This document shows, in pieces, positions 20,955 to 31,756 of a stretch of 64,000 bases of DNA. Each line of letters starts with the position of its first letter. Position 1 is the stretch's first letter. Made by a program: the position numbers and the translations under genes. Source of the stretch: Bdellovibrionota bacterium (GTDB lineage Bacteria > Bdellovibrionota > UBA1018 > CAIPTA01 > JAALKR01); contig CBDBMJ010000001.1 in NCBI GenBank assembly GCA_965207455.1, positions 1,184,001 through 1,248,000 on the forward strand, given 5' to 3'. The notes beneath the pieces are model-generated. The model searched no databases and was not told the origin of the DNA. It saw only the letters and a list, made by a program, of their open reading frames with translations.

Positions 20955-21781
20955 GCAATAGAGAACACCAACTGCGATGGATTACTGCCAGTATTGGACT
21001 TGCCCTACTGGGATCTATCTATTACCTCTTCACCCACACAGGCCTTACTGTAATTGTTGCGGTCATCTCAGTGGTGGCCTATTTTGAACTCTTGCAATTC
21101 TCACTGCATACAGAAAATACGCCTCAACAACGAAGAAAAAAGCTATACTTGGGTGTCATTGCTGCTTTGATTTTTCTCTCTCCGCTGCCCAACGCCCAGT
21201 ACTACAGCCTCCTTTGTATTCTCCTCTCCACCGTCTTTTTTGCCCAAACAGGTAATTTGAAAATACACCTAGGGGACACTGTTATCTCCATTTTTGGCCT
21301 CACCTATATTCTGGGATTCCTAACCTTTATCCCCAAAATTCATGCTCTCCCCCAAGGTCCAATGTGGCTCATAACATTTCTTCTTATAATATGGATGGGA
21401 GATGCCATGGCTTACTATGGAGGGCGAATGTTAGGTCGACGGAAATTCTCACCCACGATTAGCCCCAATAAAACATGGGAAGGTTTCTTTTCAGGCCTAG
21501 TGGGAGCCATGCTCGTAACCATGCTTGTAGGTGTCAGCCCATACAATATAAGCGCTAACTCAGGTAGTGCGAGTATCTTCATATTCCTAGCTATGGGAGC
21601 CGTCACCTCTGCCATTGCCCAGGCGGGCGACCTCCTAGAGTCCTTACTAAAGCGTGTGGGAAATGTAAAAGATAGTGGCTCTTTGCTACCTGGACACGGA
21701 GGCGTACTGGACCGATTTGATAGTTGTATCCTAGCAGCCCCTTTTTACTACTTTTTTCTCGAATTTTTTCTAGCTATGTAA
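20951..21781 (+). CDS. cdsA: Phosphatidate cytidylyltransferase (start reassigned to MSNREH)
   Basis: ISPNKTWEG and KDSGSLLPGHGGVLDRFD motifs; ATGA overlap with uppS. Confidence 0.95.
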   Translation: MSNREHQLRWITASIGLALLGSIYYLFTHTGLTVIVAVISVVAYFELLQFSLHTENTPQQRRKKLYLGVIAALIFLSPLPNAQYYSLLCILLSTVFFAQTGNLKIHLGDTVISIFGLTYILGFLTFIPKIHALPQGPMWLITFLLIIWMGDAMAYYGGRMLGRRKFSPTISPNKTWEGFFSGLVGAMLVTMLVGVSPYNISANSGSASIFIFLAMGAVTSAIAQAGDLLESLLKRVGNVKDSGSLLPGHGGVLDRFDSCILAAPFYYFFLEFFLAM

Positions 21782-21818
21782 TTGCATAGTCCCTTGATTC
21801 TTGCTAGCATCATAATCA

Positions 21819-23543
21819 ATGAGTCTTGAAGTGATTTATTCTTTTTTATCCTCCTTTTCCCCCCTACTGATCAAAATAGTTGGGGGGGTAACCCTTCTTT
21901 TAGTTGTGGTGGGAGTCCATGAGTTCGGTCATTTTATTTGTGCAAAATACATTGGTGCCAGAGTGGATGTTTTTTCCATCGGTTTTGGAAAACCCCTATG
22001 GAAGAAAAAATGGGGAGAAACGGAATACTGTCTTTGTCCCATTCCTCTAGGCGGTTATGTGAAAATATATGGCCACGAAATGGAAGAGGTGGAAGCGGAT
22101 CCTAACCCACAGCCGGACCGAGCTCTCTATAATAAATCCCTGCCGGGACGAATACTTGTCTTCTCTGGCGGCCCCATAATTAATTTACTGCTAGCCGTAG
22201 GGATTTTCTCCTTTTTAGCCTTTATTGGAGTGGAGCAACCCCCTGCCATCGCCACACGAGTAGTGACCTATTCTCCTGCATGGACCGCTGGTCTACGATC
22301 CGGGGATCGTATTGTGAGTGTGAACAATAAAGAAGTTATAAAATTTATGGATGTTCAAAGCATCATATCCAAAAATCCCAATACAAAAATACCATTCCAG
22401 ATAAAGCGAGGAGAAAAACTCCTCAATATAATGGTAGCCATTCAAGGTAAAGAGTCCTACTCCCCTTATGGAGAAACGATTACGTCAGGGAAATTAGATT
22501 ATTTCTCCCCATTCGGTCTGGAACCAGTGGTGGGAAGTACGGTGGAGAAAAATGCTTGGAACCTGAAGCCTGAAGATAAAATCCTGTCTATCAATAATAA
22601 GAAAGTCCATTCCTGGGAAGATATAGAAAGCTTCTTAGAGAAGAACTTAAAATCCCTGCCTCCCAAGCTAACCTTTACTGTACAGCGAGGAAAGGAAACC
22701 TTAACCGTAGATACTCCTAACCTTTCTTGGCTATATAAGCGAATAAACCGGGAGTGGAACGCACAACGACTCATGGAAACTGTGGGACTGTATAGCAAAG
22801 AGCTTTTTGTGGGCGAACTACTCCCTGGAGGACCGGCAGAAAAAGCAGGGATACAGCCCGGAGATCGGATCATTAGCATCAATAATAAGAAAATCTATAG
22901 CTTTGAACAATTACGGGCATCCATCCAAATAGCTGGCATAGAAGATAAAAACAAACAAGCCAAGGAAAACCCACAGGTACAATTGCTGATCGAAAGAAAA
23001 GGCAAAACAAAACAAATTACATCTAACCTGCAAGTCAACAGTAAAAAAGATCCTTTGGGCAAATTAGTTGTCACCTATGCGATTGGAATTCTCTCCAAGG
23101 TTGTCCCCATAAAACCCAAGGAAATTATCTTGGAAAGAACCCTCAATCCCTTTAAAGCTCTTTGGGCTGGTATACAAGAGACGAGCAGTAAAACAGTTAT
23201 GACAGTAATCGGTCTAAAAAAATTCGTCTTTGGAGAAGTGTCCTCCCGCGCCCTTAGCGGTCCCATCATGATTCTCACTATAGCTGGAAACTCTTTCCAT
23301 AACGGTCTACGGCAGTTTATCAACCTAATGGCCTATATCTCCATTGCCCTTGGTGTTTTTAATCTCATCCCCCTTCCTGTGCTCGACGGCGGACATATCC
23401 TGTTTGCTCTTATCGAAGGCGTACGAGGAAAGCCCCTATCCCCTGTCATAGTACAAAATGCAATGAAGCTAGGAGTTTCTCTCCTGATACTTCTCATGCT
23501 CTTTGCCACCTATAACGATCTATTAAAAATCTTCAGTTTTTAA
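21819..23543 (+). CDS. rseP: RIP metalloprotease RseP (M50, multiple PDZ domains)
   Basis: HEFGH and NLIPLPVLDGG motifs. Confidence 0.95.
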   Translation: MSLEVIYSFLSSFSPLLIKIVGGVTLLLVVVGVHEFGHFICAKYIGARVDVFSIGFGKPLWKKKWGETEYCLCPIPLGGYVKIYGHEMEEVEADPNPQPDRALYNKSLPGRILVFSGGPIINLLLAVGIFSFLAFIGVEQPPAIATRVVTYSPAWTAGLRSGDRIVSVNNKEVIKFMDVQSIISKNPNTKIPFQIKRGEKLLNIMVAIQGKESYSPYGETITSGKLDYFSPFGLEPVVGSTVEKNAWNLKPEDKILSINNKKVHSWEDIESFLEKNLKSLPPKLTFTVQRGKETLTVDTPNLSWLYKRINREWNAQRLMETVGLYSKELFVGELLPGGPAEKAGIQPGDRIISINNKKIYSFEQLRASIQIAGIEDKNKQAKENPQVQLLIERKGKTKQITSNLQVNSKKDPLGKLVVTYAIGILSKVVPIKPKEIILERTLNPFKALWAGIQETSSKTVMTVIGLKKFVFGEVSSRALSGPIMILTIAGNSFHNGLRQFINLMAYISIALGVFNLIPLPVLDGGHILFALIEGVRGKPLSPVIVQNAMKLGVSLLILLMLFATYNDLLKIFSF

Positions 23544-24212
23544 ATGGAAAAACAATTAGCGCTGGATACATCCACATCACGTCCCACAGTAGCTCTCTTG
23601 GACGGAGAAACATTAGTAGAAGAATGGATGGGTCCCAGTGGTCCATTCCACGGAGAAACGTTACTCCTAGGCATAGACACCCTTCTCAAGCAAAATAAAT
23701 GGACCTTGGGCCACCTAGATTTTATTAGCCTTGGAATAGGGCCGGGAACTTTTACGGGACTACGAATTGGAGTCATCAGTGCAAAATTTTTAGCCGACAC
23801 ACAAAATATTCCTATTGCCCCCGCCTCTTCTCTCCACGCACAAGCTTTAAATGCCCTAGATTTTTCCCATGATGCTCGCCGTGTTTGGTCCATCAGTGAT
23901 GCCAAAAGAAAAGAAGTCTACGCGTACGCCTGCCCCATAAAAGAACTCTCTCCCCAAACGCCGGAAAAAGAAGAATTTTCCCAAACGCCCCAAGCCCTAG
24001 CTCAGATCATGGAACAAGGCGACCTACTCATCGGAGAGGGCACCCTTAATTATAAAAACGCATGGCCCAAATACGCCCAACACGCGCCACTGGAGCACCT
24101 ATTTCTACGAGCAAAGCATATCGGTCTTGTGGGTAGAGAAAAAATACGACACAACGGGGGCTTGCCAGCCGTGGAAATAATGGCTAAGTATATGAAAACA
24201 GAAAAATTCTAA
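23544..24212 (+). CDS. tsaB: tRNA threonylcarbamoyladenosine biosynthesis protein TsaB
   Basis: LALDTST, GPGTFTGLRIG and DAKRKEVY motifs. Confidence 0.93.
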   Translation: MEKQLALDTSTSRPTVALLDGETLVEEWMGPSGPFHGETLLLGIDTLLKQNKWTLGHLDFISLGIGPGTFTGLRIGVISAKFLADTQNIPIAPASSLHAQALNALDFSHDARRVWSISDAKRKEVYAYACPIKELSPQTPEKEEFSQTPQALAQIMEQGDLLIGEGTLNYKNAWPKYAQHAPLEHLFLRAKHIGLVGREKIRHNGGLPAVEIMAKYMKTEKF

Positions 24213-25894
24213 TGGCAAAAGTACTAAAAAAAACCAAAGCACCCATACAGGTGCAATTCAATATTCAATCCCCAGAAACCCACCGGATCCAGGTGACCCT
24301 AACAGGCGCACTCCCCCAGTCCATTATTTTTCCCGTTTGGACTCCCGGCTCCTACCTTGTGAGAGAATATTCCCGTCATATTACTAACGTCACTGGAGCA
24401 AAGAAAATAAATAAAAACACTTGGCAACGAAATTCCTCAAAAAAAATCACCTACGAGGTGTACTGCCATGAAGCAACAGTACGGACTTCCTTCCTTAATC
24501 ACCAGTACGGTGTGCTTGTGGGTGCGACCCTACTGCCCCTCTTGAATAAAAACTTTTCTGTGGAAATGCTTTTCCCAAAACATTGGAATTTTTTAGCCAC
24601 TTCCCTTGCCCATAAGAAAATAAAAAATGGTCACTGGATTTTACAGGCAAACAATGATGACGAGTGGATTGATTCCCCCATACTGGCTGCCTCCAGCCCC
24701 CGTTTTGGAAATAGTTTCTCCTTCCAGTCGAAAAACAAAGATCATCGAGTGAGCTGGGTGGGTGTGGAACCCCATTGGAAACAAGCAGAGATACGGGAAG
24801 ACTTAAAAAAAATAACAGAGCATACACAAAAGATGTTTGGCGGATCCCCTTTTCGACAGTATGATTTCCTATTGCATTTTTTACCCAAACACTATGGCGG
24901 ACTGGAACATCGTACAAGCCAACTCTCCCAATTCGATCCCTATCAGCTAAGCGATAAAACCGGTTACAGTAAACTGTTAACTCTCTTAACCCATGAGTAT
25001 TTTCATGCTTGGAATATTAAATCCCTGCGCCCCATTGCCCTGGGACCTTTCGACTATTCCCAGGAAAACTATACGGAAGAACTGTGGTTTGCAGAAGGGC
25101 TCACCTGCTATTTTGAAAAAGAAATTCCGTGGAAAGTAAAAATAAAAACAAACAAGTCCTATTGGAGCGACCGGCTCAAAGAATCCAGCTTTATGGCAGA
25201 TGGACTCCCCTCTCAGCAAAGACGATCCGTTGCAGAATCCAGCTTTGATGCCTGGATCCGATTCTACCGACCAGACGAGGACTCTCCCAACACAGATGTA
25301 CATTATTATATTAAAGGTGCTCAAATAGCTTGGTGCTGGGATGCTTACTTACAAAAAAAGACTGCTGGTAAATGGCGTTTAAGTAAACTCATGGGAGCGT
25401 TTTGGAGGGAGTTTGGCATCAGTGCCAGTATCCCTCTCCAAGAAGCCTCTCCGGGCTACACTCGACAGGAAATTCTCCAGTTTGCAGAAAAAGTAACAGG
25501 CCTACCCCATAGAAAAATAAACCAATGGGTAACGGAAAGAAAACCCGCACCTTGGCGAGAGGCTGCAGCCTTTTTTAAAGTAAAGTTTCAGAAAAAAATA
25601 AAATCCCCTCATAAGCATTACCTGGGAATGGAATGCAGCGAAAAACCCAATCAAGTAACTATTAAAGTTGTTTTCTCTCACGGCACAGCAGAATCTAGTG
25701 GTATGTCTCCGGGAGATGAATTGCTTGTTATAGATGACAGGAGAGTTGATTCAGTGGACACACTCAACCGCATCATTGAACGGAATACAAAAACAACACT
25801 CACAGTCACCCTTGCTCGATGGGGTCAAATCTATACCACAAAAATCAACATAAAAGCCCACAAGGAATTGGGCATAGAATACACAAGTGCCTGA
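24212..25894 (+). CDS. M61 family glycyl aminopeptidase with PDZ domain
   Basis: WTPGSY, GGLEH, HEYFHAWN and EGLT motifs. Confidence 0.9.
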   Translation: MAKVLKKTKAPIQVQFNIQSPETHRIQVTLTGALPQSIIFPVWTPGSYLVREYSRHITNVTGAKKINKNTWQRNSSKKITYEVYCHEATVRTSFLNHQYGVLVGATLLPLLNKNFSVEMLFPKHWNFLATSLAHKKIKNGHWILQANNDDEWIDSPILAASSPRFGNSFSFQSKNKDHRVSWVGVEPHWKQAEIREDLKKITEHTQKMFGGSPFRQYDFLLHFLPKHYGGLEHRTSQLSQFDPYQLSDKTGYSKLLTLLTHEYFHAWNIKSLRPIALGPFDYSQENYTEELWFAEGLTCYFEKEIPWKVKIKTNKSYWSDRLKESSFMADGLPSQQRRSVAESSFDAWIRFYRPDEDSPNTDVHYYIKGAQIAWCWDAYLQKKTAGKWRLSKLMGAFWREFGISASIPLQEASPGYTRQEILQFAEKVTGLPHRKINQWVTERKPAPWREAAAFFKVKFQKKIKSPHKHYLGMECSEKPNQVTIKVVFSHGTAESSGMSPGDELLVIDDRRVDSVDTLNRIIERNTKTTLTVTLARWGQIYTTKINIKAHKELGIEYTSA

Positions 25895-25985
25895 TTGCCA
25901 CTTCCTTGATTTATTTCTCCCCTTCTGGTATGTTCAATTCGTTATAAATTAACAATCAGTTCGTTATAAAAAAAAGGAGAAAAAC

Positions 25986-27761
25986 ATGAATCGAATACTT
26001 TTATTACTAATCATTCCCATGCTCATACTGCCCAGTTGTTCCAGTAATAGGAACAAATATAATGGAAAAAAATTCATACAAGTTCCATTAAGTGACGATG
26101 CGAAAACCCTGGACCCCGCCAACGCCTTTGACACAATTTCCCTCTCTGTAATGCCACTGGCCCTAGAGAGCCTATACCAGTATTCCTATTTCAAACGTCC
26201 CATGCAACTGGAGCCCCTGTTAGCAGAATCCATGCCCACAGTTTCCAGAGATAAAAAAACCTATACTATACGAATAAAGAAAGGGGTCTACTATACGGAC
26301 GATCCTGCCTTTCCCAACGGCAAGGGTAGAGAGTTAGAGGCCAAAGATTTTATTTATCAATGGATGCGACTCCTCCATCCCAAACTACAATCCAATGGTC
26401 CATGGATTTTTGAAGATAAGGTTGTAGGCTATTCTGAGCGAAAGAAAGAGCTCCTGAAACACAAGGGTCCATCCTATGAAGATCTTTTACTAAAACCCAT
26501 CAAAGGCTTTAGGATTTTAAATAAGCACACCATACAAATTAAACTAACCAAGCCCTACTCCCAGCTACTCTATGTACTTGCCATGGGTTTCACCGTTCCT
26601 GTACCCCAAGAGGTAGTCTTAAAATATGGTCATGAAAGCTTAAATGATAAAATGGTGGGAACAGGACCATACATTTTAAAAAGTTTTATTCGTGGATCAA
26701 AGATTGTTATGGAAAGAAATTATAATTTCCGCAAAGAAGCTTTTCCCAGCAATCCCAACAACCAAGAAATGAATCGAAAGTATGCAGGAAAAAGTGTTCC
26801 CTTTCTCGACTTCATAGAATTTAATATTATCAAAGAAGACTCCCCCTTATGGTTACAATTTCAAAAAGGAAATTTAGACTATACAGGGATTCCTAAAGAT
26901 AATTTTGATAAAGCTATTACGAATGGCATAGACCTAAGCCCTGAAATGAAAGAAAAAGGGATTCGACTCTATACATACGACCGATCCGTAATTTGGTATT
27001 TAAATTTTAATATGAAAGATAAATTACTGGGTTCCAATGTAAACCTCAGACGCGCCATTGTACGCGCTATCGACCGGGATTATATGATTAAAGTATTCCT
27101 TAATGGCAGAGGGATAAAAGCCACCAGTATTGTACCTCCTGGAATCGAGGGAAATACCGGCAGAAAGAAACTCATTGGCGACTACAATATAAAGGAAGCA
27201 GAAAACTATCTCAAATTAGCTGGATATCCTGGCGGCGCCAATCTACGCACGATCAATTTCGACCTCCGCGGCTCCAGTACCACTGCTCGTCAAAGGGGGG
27301 AATATATTAGAAGCGCACTAGAAAAAATTGGCATAAAAGTAAAAGTAATTACCAACACATTCCCCAGCTACCTACAAAAGGAAAAGAACGGAAACCTACA
27401 ATTTTTCTTTGGTGGATGGGCTGCCGATTACCCTGATTCAGAAAATTTCCTGCAACTCCTATACGGTGGAAATGTTTCTCCCGGCCCCAATGCATCTAAC
27501 TGGAAAGATGCCCAATTTGATAAACTCTACCTAAAGGCTGCCCAAATGAAACCGTCGAGAAGAAAAAATAAATTAATACGAAAAGCAGAAGGCATTGCTT
27601 TTAATAAAGCTGTATGGTCCATGCTTTATTATCCTAAGGCATTCACCCTATATCAAAAATGGATAAAGAATTATATTCCCAATGAATTTACAAATAACCA
27701 GTTGAAATATGTGGACGTGGACATGCAGGAAAAGAAAAAGATTATAAACGAGAAGTTTTAA
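25986..27761 (+). CDS. Family 5 ABC substrate-binding lipoprotein (OppA-like)
   Basis: Lipobox LPSC; TLDP, VGTGPY and GWAADYPD motifs. Confidence 0.9.
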   Translation: MNRILLLLIIPMLILPSCSSNRNKYNGKKFIQVPLSDDAKTLDPANAFDTISLSVMPLALESLYQYSYFKRPMQLEPLLAESMPTVSRDKKTYTIRIKKGVYYTDDPAFPNGKGRELEAKDFIYQWMRLLHPKLQSNGPWIFEDKVVGYSERKKELLKHKGPSYEDLLLKPIKGFRILNKHTIQIKLTKPYSQLLYVLAMGFTVPVPQEVVLKYGHESLNDKMVGTGPYILKSFIRGSKIVMERNYNFRKEAFPSNPNNQEMNRKYAGKSVPFLDFIEFNIIKEDSPLWLQFQKGNLDYTGIPKDNFDKAITNGIDLSPEMKEKGIRLYTYDRSVIWYLNFNMKDKLLGSNVNLRRAIVRAIDRDYMIKVFLNGRGIKATSIVPPGIEGNTGRKKLIGDYNIKEAENYLKLAGYPGGANLRTINFDLRGSSTTARQRGEYIRSALEKIGIKVKVITNTFPSYLQKEKNGNLQFFFGGWAADYPDSENFLQLLYGGNVSPGPNASNWKDAQFDKLYLKAAQMKPSRRKNKLIRKAEGIAFNKAVWSMLYYPKAFTLYQKWIKNYIPNEFTNNQLKYVDVDMQEKKKIINEKF

Positions 27762-28546
27762 TGAAATGGGACTATTCTCTTACTGGCAATGGTCCCACTA
27801 TTCTTCTCATACACGGTCTATTTGGCTCCCGACAAACTCTGGGCAGCCTAGCACACCACTTAAAAAATAACTTTCAAGTCCTTAGCCCCAGCCTTCGCAA
27901 CCATGGAGACTCCCCTTGGCTGAAAGGCATGGACTACCATAACCACGCCCAAGACTTGCTCAAACTCATGGATCAAGAAAATATACAAAAAGCTCATATT
28001 ATTGGTCATAGCATGGGAGGAAAGGCAGCCATGGCCCTTGCCCTACTCCACCCTTCCCGGTGCCATAGCATGGTGGCACTGGACATAGCTCCCGTTACCT
28101 ACCCCGATACCTACCTAGATGCTTACATACAGTACCTAAAAAAAATACCTCTAGACAAGATACAAACGAGAGAAGATGCAGACACGATCTTAAAAGAAAA
28201 CATCCCCGAAAAATCCATTCGCTCTTTCCTACTCACCAACCTAGTGCACTCTGAAAACACCTACCACTGGCGATGCAACCTAGAGGAACTATACAAAAGC
28301 AGGGAAAATATTTTTGGTTTTTCCACACCAGAACTAAATACCAACCAATACACTGGACCTGCAATGTTCTTATACAGCGAAACGTCGAGCTACTTGCTTC
28401 CCAAACATATACCAACCATAGAAATGTATTTTCCCAACTCCCAACAAAAAGCCATCAAAGAGGCAGGCCATTGGATACACGCCGACCAACCAGAACAGGT
28501 GTTGGAAGAATTACAGTCGTTTCTTAGTACGAACTTCGGTAATTAA
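27761..28546 (+). CDS. Alpha/beta hydrolase (YbfF-like esterase)
   Basis: HGLFGS, RNHG, GHSMGGK and AGHWIHADQP motifs. Confidence 0.9.
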   Translation: MKWDYSLTGNGPTILLIHGLFGSRQTLGSLAHHLKNNFQVLSPSLRNHGDSPWLKGMDYHNHAQDLLKLMDQENIQKAHIIGHSMGGKAAMALALLHPSRCHSMVALDIAPVTYPDTYLDAYIQYLKKIPLDKIQTREDADTILKENIPEKSIRSFLLTNLVHSENTYHWRCNLEELYKSRENIFGFSTPELNTNQYTGPAMFLYSETSSYLLPKHIPTIEMYFPNSQQKAIKEAGHWIHADQPEQVLEELQSFLSTNFGN

Positions 28547-28625
28547 GACAATACAAAATTGTGTTGTGATATAAATATGGTCCCCTTCGCTGAAATATTT
28601 TTTTCCCTTACTTTCAACTACTTTG

Positions 28626-28661
28626 TGTTACAGCAATCAACTTAACCGGATTGCTGTAACA
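28626..28661. terminator. 13-bp-arm hairpin between convergent genes
   Basis: TGTTACAGCAATC...GATTGCTGTAACA; a second A/T-flanked hairpin follows at ~28680-28717. Confidence 0.55.
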
Positions 28662-28725
28662 ACAAGTGTGAGGCTAAATAAAAAATCCCTCTCAATTTTT
28701 TTGGAGGTTTTTTTTTCATTACTCG

Positions 28726-29655
28726 TTACTGTGTACAGGGTCTACCACCAAATTGAGTCACACCAGGGCTGCAAATTAACTCAAGTGATAATGGTACTTT
28801 AAAAAACACACCCAGAGACCCCCCACCTCGTCCCTCTCCTGCTATATCTCTCCAGCCACGTACATTAACTTTTTTTAAGTTTGTAGCACCTAAAAACATA
28901 TGCACTCCAACCATATGCCAGGTCTCCAAAAGATTCCCACATTCTACTCTACAACGATCGACGAGGCTATCAGTATTAAAGTTAGATAAATCAACTTCAA
29001 CTACACCAGAATTCCTAAATATAGCACTTATAAATTCTAAACTAGAAGTGTCCATAGTGGACAGGTCGGGATGTGTTAATTTGAGACAACCCTGAAACAT
29101 TGATGATGCGTTGATCACATGAGAGGTGTCTGTAGAGCCAGATTTAAAATTAGTAAGTTTCTTACTGCCAGAAAATGCATTGTTTAAACTTTTCCAACCC
29201 ATTTTTCCAAGTTGTTCCACTTTAATGAGCTTACTTATATTCTGATAGTCCGCTGTATCGTTTATATAAGCTAAAGACGACCAAGCTTCTAGGGTTCCAG
29301 AGACTTTAATTGTATAATCTCCTGCTTGACCGTAAGTATGACTTGGAAAATAGAACGAATGATGATTCTCATTTATGATAACATGCTCATTAGTGCCATC
29401 ACCCCAGTCAACACTCATTGAATATTTATAGTGCTTAACTATGGGAAGGGTAACCGTAAGGTTTCCATTTCCATATCCCACCTTTCCAACACGCCAAACA
29501 GTTATAAAAGGCGCATTATGGTCTACACTTACTGATTCATACATGTTTTGATGCCTGGCACCGGCACTCAAAGGAACCGTTCCGCCAGCAAAAAGAATTA
29601 GTATCAGCGTTAATAACCCTAAGCTATTATTTTTTATTGTATTTTTCATATTCAT
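28726..29655 (-). CDS. Secreted BspA/DUF285-type surface protein with a PKD-like domain (start reassigned)
   Basis: Signal peptide, FITVW, VDWGDG, HTYxxAGDY and MF..C/DTS leucine-rich-like repeats; RBS GAAAGG before MNMKN. Confidence 0.75.
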   Translation of the reverse strand: MNMKNTIKNNSLGLLTLILILFAGGTVPLSAGARHQNMYESVSVDHNAPFITVWRVGKVGYGNGNLTVTLPIVKHYKYSMSVDWGDGTNEHVIINENHHSFYFPSHTYGQAGDYTIKVSGTLEAWSSLAYINDTADYQNISKLIKVEQLGKMGWKSLNNAFSGSKKLTNFKSGSTDTSHVINASSMFQGCLKLTHPDLSTMDTSSLEFISAIFRNSGVVEVDLSNFNTDSLVDRCRVECGNLLETWHMVGVHMFLGATNLKKVNVRGWRDIAGEGRGGGSLGVFFKVPLSLELICSPGVTQFGGRPCTQ

Positions 29656-30346
29656 AATTAATTTCCTTTCTTCTAAGTTGTGTTGTGAAGAAATGCGCCG
29701 CACATCTATTTTGTGAAGCACTGAATCTTCCTTGTTTTGACTAGTAACATAAACAGGATTATGACACAAGTCAAGAACTTTTTTAAATTTCGATCCATGA
29801 ACTCAGGACAGATAGGTGTATATATACTTCCAAAATGAATTAATTCATAGCATCAAATCCATAAGAGGCCCTTACAAGTTACCCATCCCCTAATTCCTCA
29901 TCCATCATGAGTACCCCCCTTGGATTAGGGGGAAAATTCTCTGTTTTCGTAATAGGCAGGGGATTTTTTGTTTCATTCCTTAGCTATCAGAATCCATAAA
30001 AACTACCGATATAAAATGCTGGCGTACAAAGCCTACGGAAGGCTAAATCGTAAGCGGCTAGCAACATCAGACATAATGCGTTGCGCTGCTTTCTCTCTAT
30101 TTACAATACTTCGCGTTATTTTAATTTCCATTTCCATTGATGCGTCCTTCCTTAAACTGTTGAAAATAAAGAAGATTATACACCGTGGTGTGAAGTTTTA
30201 GTTTTGCAGAGGTGTGAAGTTTTAGTTTTGCGCCTACACAAAATGAAAAAGTATTGACACAAAGTAGAAGGACGGTTAATAGTGTCCTTACAAAAAAGAT
30301 GCGTGATGTATCTTTTGTGGAAATAAAATTAGAAAGGAAAATAATT

Positions 30347-30844
30347 ATGAAAAATATAATGATAGTAGGAAGTCTAGTAGTGGCTTTATGTTCAAATCTT
30401 GCTTTAGCAAATGAAGGACTTGAAGAATATGAACCTAAGGATGATTTCGTGTGCAATAGTATGACATTTCCTCAACCTGAAAAAGTTGTTGAATTTAGTA
30501 TAAAATATAAAAGTACTTTTTCAAATCCAGAAACAATGGAAGGAGAAAAAAAATCAAAATTTGGTGACGTAACAATTAATGGGGAAACGTATTCTAATTG
30601 TGAAATATATTGGTCAAAAAAACCTTGGGTGGAATTTATAAACCTAACTGCTTTTTATTGTAGAGGGACTGAAAAAAATATTTATTTTGAAACTCATCAA
30701 GCTATTCATAACAACTCATCAGCTCGTCTATATGTACTTTATCATCCTAATCCATCAACTAGAAGAACAGTTCGAAATGTTGGTTCGCTTTCACTAAGAG
30801 GTCGATTCAGTTATTGCGAGTACGCAGGGGTAGTTCTTTTCTAA
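30347..30844 (+). CDS. Secreted hypothetical protein, paralog A (start reassigned)
   Basis: RBS, signal peptide ending ALA, 4 Cys shared with paralog B. Confidence 0.75.
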   Translation: MKNIMIVGSLVVALCSNLALANEGLEEYEPKDDFVCNSMTFPQPEKVVEFSIKYKSTFSNPETMEGEKKSKFGDVTINGETYSNCEIYWSKKPWVEFINLTAFYCRGTEKNIYFETHQAIHNNSSARLYVLYHPNPSTRRTVRNVGSLSLRGRFSYCEYAGVVLF

Positions 30845-31187
30845 CCAGAGAAAAACACAATTTTCATAAGCTCCGGAAATCGTCGTCTTCTTTTAAGTGA
30901 TAGAAGAATTAAAAAAAAGGGGGAGAGGAAAATCTTCCCTCAATGCGGCGTGCGTCATTTTCTCCGTTCCGCCACGACCGATCGCATTATTTCAAGCTTC
31001 TTTCCATTGCCGTACCCCTTTAAATTGTTAAAATTAAAGAAGATTACACACCGTGTTGTGATCTTTCCTTTTGCCCCTACAAAAATGAAAAAAGTATTGA
31101 CACGAGGTGGAAGGATGGTTAATAGTGTCCTTACAAAAAAGATGCGCAGTGTATCTTTTGTGGAAATAAAATTAGAAAGGAAAACAT

Positions 31188-31679
31188 ATGAAAAGTATAA
31201 AAAATATAATGATAGCAGGAAGTCTAGTAGTGGCTTTATATTCAAATTCTGCATTAGCAGATAGAGAGGTTCACGTTCAAGACGATTTCAAGTGCAATAG
31301 TATTTCATTTCCTTACCCTGAAGCAGTTATTAACTTTAGTGTGATATATAAAAGTACTTTTTCAAATCCAGAAACAAGGGAAGGAGAAAAAAAATCAAAA
31401 TTTGGTGAAGTAAAAATTGATGGGAACACATATTCTAATTGTGATCTACGTTGGTCAAAAAAACCTTGGGTGAAATCAGTAACCCTAGCTTCTTTTTATT
31501 GTAGAGGACATGAAGAAAATATTTATTTTACAACCTATCCAAGTAATGATGAAGGTCCATCAGCTCAGCTAAATGTACTTTATCATCCAAATAGCAATGA
31601 AGACCTTATAGGTCAACTTTTGCCAAAAGGTCACTACAATCATTGTAAATACTCTGGTCTTTACCGACCAGGAAGTTGA
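31188..31679 (+). CDS. Secreted hypothetical protein, paralog B
   Basis: Shares YKSTFSNPET.EGEKKSKFG, WSKKPWV, FYCRG and VLYHPN with paralog A. Confidence 0.75.
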   Translation: MKSIKNIMIAGSLVVALYSNSALADREVHVQDDFKCNSISFPYPEAVINFSVIYKSTFSNPETREGEKKSKFGEVKIDGNTYSNCDLRWSKKPWVKSVTLASFYCRGHEENIYFTTYPSNDEGPSAQLNVLYHPNSNEDLIGQLLPKGHYNHCKYSGLYRPGS

Positions 31680-31756
31680 TATAGAAGAATTTAAAAACTG
31701 GTGAAGCATTCCTAACCTCTCCTAGATGCCTACTAACATATTGTTTTCTGATATTT

